Shown here one piece after another: positions 54,401 through 64,000 of a stretch of DNA of 64,000 nt; position 1 is the stretch's first letter, and each line of letters starts with the position of its first letter. A program made the position numbers and the translations under genes. Source of the DNA: Ylistrum balloti (taxonomy: Eukaryota); contig NW_026781904.1 of assembly GCF_031769215.1 (NCBI RefSeq), positions 372,001 through 436,000 of the forward strand, read 5' to 3'. The notes under the pieces are model-generated. The model was given only the letters and a program-made list of their open reading frames with translations, was not told the origin of the DNA and searched no databases.

Positions 54401-57400
54401 GGTCTAAAGCAAACAGACATTTTACTTTATTTTTTTCAGACTTTTAACATTTAGAAGTATGCTGCCATTCTATCCATTTAAGAAATCCCACCCTTTCCTG
54501 TTATTTGATAAGGTGTGTTTTGGTGTGATGTGATAAGAGTCTATATCAGGTGTACCATATTATACCTAAAGTAAAACCATGATCAGCTAACATATTTATC
54601 CCGCAATATAAACCCTGGGGACCTTAACTGATTATCTTCGACTCAAAGTCTTTAGGGACACACTTTTTATAAACTACCTGATATTGACATTATAAGAACT
54701 GGGTTTGGCTCCTAAATTGGCATTGACCTTTTTAAATTAAGGGTAAAAAATCTAAACAAAATTTACAATCATTGGATGTGTTGTGTAAAATCAAGACATT
54801 GACTTGTTTATTTAACTGGAATTAAGCATTGTCATGTCAGTGTTGGCAGCTGAGTGAGGAGGACATGGTAGGTTTGGGGCTGGAGGAGGTGATAATAGTG
54901 TAGGAGTGGAGGAAATTGGTTATGAGGGAAGGAATTAGTTTTAAAGGGAGATGGTGGTGATGTTTTTAGGGTAGGAACGTGAGAGGGGGAGACTACAGTG
55001 ACCAGGGTCAGAGGTCACAGAAGTGCAGAGACTGGAAACTATTTGAGAACAGTCAGATTGGAGACTGGTATAATGATGGTCTAGGGGTGGGATGGATTAA
55101 GATTTTGGAATGTCATGAATGAAAAACAAATTTGGAATCCTTTTTTTGGGTAAGATATTTGGAGGAAACCTTGGGCTGTACACAATTTTTACTTTAAACT
55201 TCAAATTTTGTGTTCTTTTGGATGAATCTAATGGGCAGTTGTTATTTTTGAAGATTTGAAGGATGTAGTACTCTCTTCAAAGTATCAACCATTGTATTAA
55301 TAATGTTTTATCTCATCATTGAAGAAAGTGTTTCTAGTATTGTTATGTTCAGTGTGGATAGTCAGATTTCAATCTGAACTTCATAACTCCTTGCTGTTAT
55401 CATGAAAAATAATATGCTCTGATGAAAGAAAAAATAAAGTGGTTTTAGATAATCTTAATGTATTTTCAATTTTTGAAGATATTAAAAGATCTCTTCTCTG
55501 TATTGTGAAGTTTAAAACTACTCTAGATGTCATGTTAAGATCTATCTATCAAAATTATTGTTCAAATATGATTTACACAGCTCTGGTGTCAGAAGAATAG
55601 AAAATACACTGTGGTTGATATAAATACTTTTTACATGTAAATAGTATCGAGTCTATGGGGTATATCTCCAGTTATTACTGGCGACTTTTCCACCCAGTAT
55701 CATCTCCATCCATCAGAACTTGATCAGAAAATTGTAGAAATATGACGAAATTAAGATTTAAACTCCCGATACTAAAGTACTCCGCAGTGGTCAAGTCTCC
55801 ATATCTGACAAGGCAGATCCATTAAAACGACGACAGTGGTTAGAGATAAGGTCTTGTAAAATTGACGTGAACTAATTACCTTTCATGTTCCCTCTGTATA
55901 ACAGACCTAAAGATCTTCAAAAAAGCAGTGAGAGAAAAAAGAAAAACATCTGCTGATATATCTTTTCCACCGTCATCTAATCAAAATTATCACGAAATCA
56001 CGCGTAGTTTAAATATTCATGTCATCAAGCTCAATGTTAGAAAACAGATGTTAGAAATCCAAAGAAATATTCAAGGGCCTTAATTCATGTGAGCTTTTGA
56101 ATATCATTTCCATCTTTGAATAGGTGTATCATAGTTGTCAAGTTTAAGAATTGATTTTTCCTTTAAACATTTATCTAAAAAGTCTTGCTGCTCGGGAACT
56201 GTGTTCTTGTTCCAGGTGGTTTATATATAAGCGCTTCCTTACGTCTAGGTGGCGAGCTGATTATGTCAAAACCTGCAAGTGCATGCAATTTTATCAGTAA
56301 ATCAAATACAGGTTTCGAAATTAGTAGCGTAGCTATGTTAATGGGCCATTCGAGTACATGTTATTTCCATATGTCTACAAGCAAGGTTGTAAGAGGAGTG
56401 TTATAGGCAAATGTAACAATTGTTTGCCCAAGTCATAAGATTTACAATATAATGTATAGGGAATTTATGCAAAACAAAATCTTAAAATTATAAAAAAAAA
56501 ATGTTTTATGTATTTTTAGATAAATGAAAGCAACAAATTTTTAAAAAAGTATTAAAAATTGTTCTGAAGACAAATAGTTAGTGTCTAAATAAGTTAAAAT
56601 GGACTGATTGAGTCTTCAGACAGTTCTGATTTTGGGCTTAGTTCTGTATAATAGCAAAATTGACAAGAAAATCAGCAGTTTAAACTTTATTTCTTTTGAA
56701 GTACTCTGTAGATTAGTCCCCAATTTTGTGATCTTTAATGTGTATGTGATGTATTGACAGTTTTTTCCAAGCTGGCTTAAATTATCACTACTAGAAGAAG
56801 CACCCTGACTAACAAGTATCATTGTTAATTGAAGTCTTATCAGCTTTTCTCTGTAATTCTTACCTGTAGAAAATGAATACCTGAAGATATTTGTATCAGC
56901 AAACCTAAGATTCTGAAGCATTCTGAAACAGTCACTGAGTTTTAAAAAGATATAGACAAAAAAGTATAGAGTTAATTCTTCATATGATACAGTCGTTATG
57001 TTTGAGTGGCGGGTTACATTACACTTTAATCTTTGTATGATTAGATAGGTGGAAGTCTTGAAGGTGGAGCTGGTTCTCTTAATAAGCTTTAAATCTGTCA
57101 AATTGTAGTTAAAACTCAATAAATTGTATGAATAACTTCAGCATATAGCTTTTTGTGTCCTTGACTTATTTGTATGGTCAAAATTCGCTTGACTTTAAAA
57201 AACAAACAGATAGTATTTAATCTACAAAATAATTGCACAGACTGCCAGTGATAGAATATATAGTATTATAACCCATGTATAATCAAATATTGATTTTAAA
57301 AAAATTTTTAAAAATTTTGATCAATTTTTTTTATACTGAATCTGCAAATGTAGAAAGTTTGTTTATTTATTTATTTGATAGGCTTAATGTCTCCTGTTAA

Positions 57401-57464
57401 AACTTTTGTCCCTTCAGCAGTTGAGGACATAAAGCACGCAGAATTTACCCAGCAATGTTCTCTT

Positions 57465-57689
57465 GTTTGATAATAAGCCCACTCCTATAAAATTATCAAT
57501 GTTGTTCAATGGAACTATGATACAAGATGCTATTTCATTGTCCCTTGATAAGCTCATCCTTGACTGTGAGTCAGATTTTGAATGCTGCCCTACTAGCTTG
57601 TTGTCTTGTAAAAAGCCAAGCCCACCCCTGACTTTGAGCTAGAATTTCTATGTTGACCCCCCTGGGCTTATCTTAGACTGAATACGGTA
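57465..57689. mobile_element. Relic of a pogo/Tigger-like MITE carrying the TAATAAGCCCA motif
   Basis: Right end ctgggcttatcttagactgaatacggta (reverse complement TACCGTATT...ATAAGCCCAG). Internal ataataagcccac and aagcccacccctgactttgag are shared with the 30.9-kb array. The superfamily call is inference from the terminus. Confidence 0.45.
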
Positions 57690-59299
57690 CTTTTTTCATA
57701 TAAAGTAAGTTGATAAATAAAAGTACAGGGTCAGTGTGCCACATTTCCAACATGAACTGTAGAGATATTTTTACAGACTGGAGTCCATGATCTTGCATAA
57801 TGTGCTGGCTTTCCATTGATAAAGATATAATTATAATGGCTGCCAAAAAATTAATGACTGTAAACAAAATCACATATTGTTAAATAACCATAAAAAATGA
57901 TTCATGATAGAGGAGTTGGAAGTTGTATAGATAATCACATTGTCGTCAGTCATGTGTGAAAAAATGCATGCTTCAATCTACGTGGCAGCACAAAAAATCT
58001 GTATACCTTTTTATGATAAGCTAGCAGACAATATGCACATGTATAAGTTTATCGGGGGTGGGGGGGGGAGGTGTTTGGTGCAAAGTCATATGTGGTGAAT
58101 TTCACACAAGATACACACCTATATATCTGTGTAAAAATGCATGATAGACAGTACACATATACTGGTAGAAAGCAAGAAATTTTATGTAAAGAATGAAAAA
58201 GGGGTAGATAACGCCATAGGTTTTACCATCTAATGATCATTTTTAGGCTCTCATGTTAAAGTCTGTAATATCAATTACAACGGCTATTTTCCTATGGAAG
58301 GTAATTGAGTATTTGATGACCAAGGCGGTCAAGCAAGTGACCCTATACCTATTTGTGTCCAATCAGGGGTTTGTGCCAGTATTGGTGATATATATTGTGT
58401 GATCATTTTTACTGGGAAATCCTTGCTTAAATGTCTTGCCTAAAAGCCACAGTATTAATATGACTTCAGCACATCTTTTTATCGATCAAGCTAGCAAGGG
58501 GTTGTCTGAAACATTTTGAAAGAAAAAAAAATTATTAGAAATCTCAGGGACGTATAATCTGTATTATACATTCGTGGAAATCTTATTGAAATTTGATGTT
58601 TTGAAAGAAGACATTAAGATAATTCCAAGTCTCGAAGTTAGAATTGATTTATTTATTTATCATTTTCTAGATAAGTTTAAGAGTGTAAGAATTTTGAAAT
58701 TTCAAAATATTTCCCATTGATGTGTTCAGTTAGGAACAAAGTCATACAGTCTCTCTTTTCTTGGTGTTTAAGTCTCTCAAATCCGAGATACAAATATGTA
58801 TATATTTAATCTTTTTTTTAGCTACCAGAAATCATCAAAGTTCTATTTTTAAATTCTCATACTGTTAGAACATTATCTCTCTTAAATCTGTATTTGGGAT
58901 ACAGGCAATAACACATTTTTTTTTTCAAACTGGTTCAATACTCGAAGGTTTTTGTCTAGACATTCAAATTAGAATGTAATCTGACATTGCAGTGAACATT
59001 AGAAAACAAATTAGCATCTTTTGTCTGTAATTATAGAATATTAAAGATCCCTGACTGAGCAGTGTCTAGTCTGGTCTTGGACATTATGGCTATCTTAGGT
59101 ATTTACATGCCATTTAGACAATAAACAGACATGGCTTTTAAAAAAATATTTTCCCATTATCATTCATCGTCATCTGCTGTATAGATTATTATGAATCACC
59201 GATGTTAGGAATTACAACACTTTTTTTAACTTAGATCATTGTTTAAGTTATGATATATTGAAGGATCTTACAAGGACAGAATCTCTCAGATCCCTGGAC

Positions 59300-59560
59300 C
59301 CAACTGGGGAAGAAAACTCCAATCCCAACTCAAACAGGGGAGGAAACTCTCCAATTATAACCCAAGCAGGGGAGAAAACTCTCCAATTCTCTAATTCTAA
59401 CCAAAGCAGGGGAGAAGACTCTCCCATTCTCAAATTCTAACCCAAACAGGGGAGAGAACTCTCCATTTCTCCAATTCTACCCCAAACATGGAAGAAAACT
59501 CTCAAATTCCAATCCAAAGGGGAGAAAGCTCTCCAATTCCATCCTGAACAGAGGGAAAAA
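59300..59560. repeat. Degenerate 31/32-bp and 40-bp tandem repeat
   Basis: ggggagaaaactctccaattc units with approximate spacings 31, 32, 40, 40, 40, 31, 32. Confidence 0.8.
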
Positions 59561-60864
59561 GCAGTCTTTGCACATTGTAAACAGAAGGAAAATTTCATTC
59601 CTGCACCAAACAGGAGACTTGACAAAATCCATTCTCTTAATTGAAAAAGTAAGAAATATTAAGTGAGGTATATATAAGTTGTCAGTTTTTAACAGCATGA
59701 TATAAGATCATTAGAATTTTGTTTACCAAAACAGAACAATATATAAAATAATGAATATTTTGAAGATCTCCAGAAATAATCGTTTATTAAAACTGCATTT
59801 CTGACACCCTGGTAGTATTGATGCATATTGATTATCTCCCTTTATATAATCTTATTCGTTCTCTGTACCAGCAAAAATAATTTACCAGTAATTCAATTCA
59901 TAAAGAAAAACAATATATTTTCTTTAATCAAAACATAACTGATACATATATTAATTACACTGTGGGAAAAAAATGAAAGTCATTGTTTTAAAATTGTATA
60001 GTGTATTGTGAATGAAAATAAATTGTTGGACTCTTCCAAAATTGGCAAAAGCAATATTCCAAAAATGAATTAGTTATGCATTATATAATGACATTGTATA
60101 TTTACAAAAATTTAATATTGTGTGAAGTGAGTTCAAAAATTTTGACTAAAAATAGCCTTTTTATTAAAAAGATTATATAAATAAAATGTGCTGAAAATGA
60201 ATTCTTCTGTCAAAGTTGAAGAATCTTAGAAAGTCATTAGGCAGGATTTTGACATTGAGAAAGGAAAACGTTCAACAATTGTATATCGGAGAACAGGGCT
60301 GATGGAGGAGATAATTACAAGGTACAAGGACGTAAGTATATATAGACCTATAGAAGGTATTTACCTCTCTAATGATCTTGTGGGTATTGTTTACCAAACA
60401 ACTGCAGACAAAGCTATAAAACGGTTCCGAACCTTCGATCCAACTTTTCTTCTATCACTATCAAACACAATTAGCATCATAGCATCAAGGTCATGCAGTG
60501 CTTTATAAAATTAAAGTTCCTTATAGTCTTCAGGAATATTAACAATACAGTCTGGGTTTGATGTTGCAAGGGATCCCTAGGGGCTGGAAGTCTTTGTATC
60601 AAAGGTAAGATTATTGGTATATGGAAATCTCTCATAGTTTTTACTGTTTGATATCTCGCTAGATTTGTTATTATCAATAATGGATTTAAGTTGAATCATT
60701 GGTCATGGAATTATTGTACCGGAGAGACTCAAACAGGGGTGACTCTAGGTTGTGTGTGTACATGCAATTAAGTATTGTGAAACTGCAAATCTAATTTGAA
60801 TGACTTAATGCCCTCCAAAATGTGATGGCTCAAACTTTAGAGTCGCAACACTTGATTGACTTTG

Positions 60865-61125
60865 GATAGACTCAAAATTAGTGGGTTATGTCTCAAGGTA
60901 AGCTAAGAGTAAATTCTTTACTCAAAGAATTTAGTGGAGTGACTCAGAATTAGTGGACTTCATATATGTCTTAAAGATTGACTCAGAGTAAAGTTGAGTG
61001 ACTAAGTGAGTTTACTTCAAAGTTGATTAAGCTAAAACCTGGAAAGACTCAGTGTAAAGTGGAGTGACCATATGGGTTATGTATATCTCAAAGTTTATTA
61101 AGCTCAAAGTTAGAATGACTCAGAT
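60865..61125. repeat. Degenerate repeat with recurring gactca(g/a)
   Basis: tgactca at 60940, 60979 and 61116, agactca variants, and repeated ttagtgg/gtgg flanks. Confidence 0.55.
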
Positions 61126-62550
61126 TTAAGAAGGATGACACATAAATAGTGGTTTTTGTCACATATTGTTAAGATTCAGAGCTGGAATGATTCAGAGTTC
61201 AGTGTTAGGAACTTTTAGTTAGTAGGCTTATGTAAATCTAACACCTCCAAGACATAGATTTTTTTCAAAGAGATTACACCGTATATGACATAGGTAAATC
61301 AGTTATTAAAATTATCATCAATTTAAACATAATTAATGTTGAAAATTGATTAGCATTATAGTACTGTAATACATATATACAGGGAAAAATGATTGAGGAA
61401 ATTTGGTTTGATTTCAGTAATAATTACCATAACTTTAGTATGCATATCTTCCACTAATTCCAATTAATTTGTATATGATATAAACGGAAAATTTTGAGCG
61501 GAGTAAACTGTCCGTAGGAAGTCCCTCTTACCTGCTCATCCTACAAATTTCAGTGAATTCATGGCTAATCAAAGTAGATACGTCCTCAAAATAACATAGA
61601 AATAAAAGTTGACATGGATTGTAGTATTTGTAAATTTCAGGAGAACGATGCATCCACAACATCAAGTGCCAGCAAATTGTACATTTTCAGAAAAACACGA
61701 AATTTGAGTCGCACAAAAATATGATTCGCATTTGGTTTAAAATATGAAAACAAGAGCAAAAAGCATGGATTTTTGCATTTATTAATTAAGATGAGAATTG
61801 ATTTTTGAAATTGCTGACTGCATTAGTTTTGAGGAATTTATTAGGTAATGGAAAAACAGTCCTTGGCAGTGTCTGCCTGCAGAAAGGCACTTCCTGTTTG
61901 TCGGGTTGTATACGATGGCTCCGCTAATCAGTACCAGCTTTTTACTGTCTCCTCATCTAGTGACAGAGCTACGACAATTTAACACAATAAATATCACCTA
62001 AAATTTATTCATTTTCAATATGATAAATGAAGTTGATGGCGGGTTAGGGGATTTGTCATCATTTCTCATTCAAAGAAGGAGGTTGATTTTAAATTGTAGT
62101 AATTTATCTCATTCATTGTGTGATTTATCTATCGTTAAGAACATCGCTGAGGAAACGGCATGACAGATGAGGTTAAAATTTACCACCAATAGAGGCGAGA
62201 CAATTTTGGTTTTAGATTTGCTGCCAATTTCTGTTTGAGAAAGCCAAGCATTTCCACACCTAGATTGATGCATAACAAGAAAAGTATGGTGAATTTGTCG
62301 CAGAAACATTCAGAGCTACTGGTGTTATTGATGGGAAAATTCAGTAGGGAAATATTTCATTGTATTTTACAATGATCAAATATTAAAATGAAATATTTAT
62401 TTAAATTTAAAGCTTGAAAAATCTCTTTATATCAAATAAAATTTTTTTCTTTTTTATCATTTGGTTCACCATTGTCGAAAAAGGCAGAGAATGATTGAAA
62501 AGATAAACAAAATAAAAAAACAAAAATAAGAAAAATAGAAAAAATGTAAA

Positions 62551-62699
62551 TATCCTTACTGACTGGGAAGAAGCTGGAACACCTGGGGAAATGCATGTAG
62601 TGGGGCTGGTGATTGTTTACCTTTCATATCTTTTCAAGGAATCCAACCCCAGCTAGGTGAAAGACGAGTGTGCTACCACTGCACCACCCAACCGACCAC
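62551..62699 (-). mobile_element. Degenerate tRNA-derived SINE, same family as 3436-3650
   Basis: Reverse complement shows A box tggtgcagtggtagca, cacactcgtctttcac, B-box-like ggttggattcc, gaaaggt, and a decayed core catgcatttccccaggtgttccagcttcttcccag. Confidence 0.75.
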
Positions 62700-62748
62700 T
62701 GAATAATTTTTCTTATATGAATACTTTTTTATTATAAATGGATCACAA

Positions 62749-62784
62749 AAATAAACAAATAAATAAATAAATAAATAAATAAAT
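62749..62784. repeat. (TAAA)n microsatellite
   Basis: aaataaacaaataaataaataaataaataaataaat. Confidence 0.95.
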
Positions 62785-64000
62785 GTTCCTAAACTAATTA
62801 TATGGTTTCCGTTTTCATTTTTTCAACTGATATTTAATATTTACATAGAAAATACAATAAAATTTCATGCTAGGTTCCCCAGATTACCATATTTCTTTGT
62901 TAATAAGCCCATGCATTTATCACTGTTTAATTATTAAACAAGACAACTTCATTGTCCTGTCATAAGCCCATCCCCAGATTTTTAATAAGAAGTTATAAGT
63001 TGGTCTCCAATAAATATTGTAGGATAGATATGGTAATGATAAAGTTATTTTTATCAGAAATATTACAATCTCATGTTTAATTTTATTTATTGAATTATAA
63101 CGTCCTGACATTGATTGAATTTAAAGCTACAACGAATGAGGGCAATATTTCCATTAGATAAATTTCATTTTTCATAGACTAAGAAATCTGCCAGCAGTAA
63201 ACACAAGCAGATATTCTCAATACTGTTATTACAATGTAAAAGATATGTCTTTTCCAAAATAATTAATGGGAAAATACCATAATATCATGTAATACAGAAA
63301 GACACGATTAACATTTTTCAAAATCCCAGAAAGCTAGCTTCTCTGTAGTTATCCGTGCCTTCCTGTGTCCATGGTGATCACTCCGACTAATACATCATAG
63401 CATAGAAAATTTCCAAAGCATCCATTTTCTGTCGAAGCTCTGCTCATAAATCAAATCTGATTGACAAGTGCATGTATCATACGGATATAGAGGAGGGTCG
63501 GTTCCTTAACGATCGTTGGAGATTTTACCCATAATTCTTCAAGAAAATGGTTTGGAGCCGTTCTGCAGTCGATTCTGAAGGCTTAATGCAACGTAATTGT
63601 GGAAAATTGTAGCATTTATACAGAAGTTATATACATTGGAGTGATAGAACAGCTAAATCTATGAGAGAGGGTTGGCGGTCTAGACTTCAGTTGTACGCAA
63701 AAATACATACTTCTCATATCAGAGCGATTTATTTTACATTCTCCATACCACATTTCTCCATATTATTACTAGGTTTGACTACAATAGTTCTGGGTAAGGA
63801 AACTTTCTAAATCACTTCTGTGTTTGTATCTAATGGCTGTTGGGTTGTCGTGTCTGTTTTCTTGACTGTTTTAAAGGGTAAGATTTTGGTATGAAGTATA
63901 GAGATAAAATATCTTTATCTTTTAATGTACAATTTGTCAAAGTGACTTACTTACTTGGTTTATTTTTCTTTGTGGAGATGAAGTCATTGTTTTATCAACT

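Larger units (their letters stand above)
49695..64000 (+). other. Probable 5' part of the next intron (more than 14.3 kb)
   Basis: The exon ends TAT G|gtgagt, so a (D)VxEC calcium-binding EGF exon is expected next. No such exon was seen up to 64000. Confidence 0.6.

Noticed and set aside
55663-55690. tatggggtatatctccag, resembling the Penelope RT motif YGVYISQ
   Set aside because: It needs a frameshift, is under 30 bp, and has no flanking RT similarity.
56616-57119. Longest ORF in the window (167 aa, minus)
   Set aside because: TTG start, low-complexity AT-driven composition and no domain motif.
59248-59698. Overlapping ORFs on both strands
   Set aside because: They coincide with the degenerate tandem repeat.
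60229-60328. Exon-like segment KVIRQDFDIEKGKRSTIVYRRTGLMEEIITRYKD|gtaagt
   Set aside because: Weak acceptor, phase incompatible with the MEGF6 phase-1 intron, no cysteines and no recognised family.

Overview
AT-rich eukaryotic genomic DNA, most likely a bivalve (oyster-like, inferred from Helentron/HINE, tRNA-SINE and mariner-MITE repeat styles). The only coding sequence I can support is two + strand exons, 13246-13355 (C-terminal half of an EMI domain) and 49590-49694 (one EGF domain). They join in phase across a 36,234-bp GT-AG intron to give ...KCCHGWQERAGTTGCMF-R-QCNQGSCFNGGRC...CTCPSGFQGPRCQY, which matches the N-terminal region of MEGF6 as I recall it. The flanking exons were not found, so the whole window is probably inside one very large gene. 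The rest is intron: SINEs, MITEs, HINEs and many tandem repeats. No rRNA, tRNA gene, CRISPR array, intact transposase or prokaryote-type system is supported, and I did not find a clear-cut new multi-gene system. The best leads are regulatory and architectural: (1) a sharp CpG-rich to CpG-poor boundary at about 24.6 kb with a promoter-like, donor-bearing segment, corroborated by two transposon pairs whose right-hand copies lost their CpGs; (2) a candidate 6-nt microexon at 11935-11940 with neural-microexon-like architecture; (3) a dispersed TAATAAGCCCA motif family that seeds several local tandem arrays; (4) a near-perfect CTCF motif just after the EMI exon; (5) E-box and AP-1 motif clusters. 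All counts are by eye, and no database search was run.
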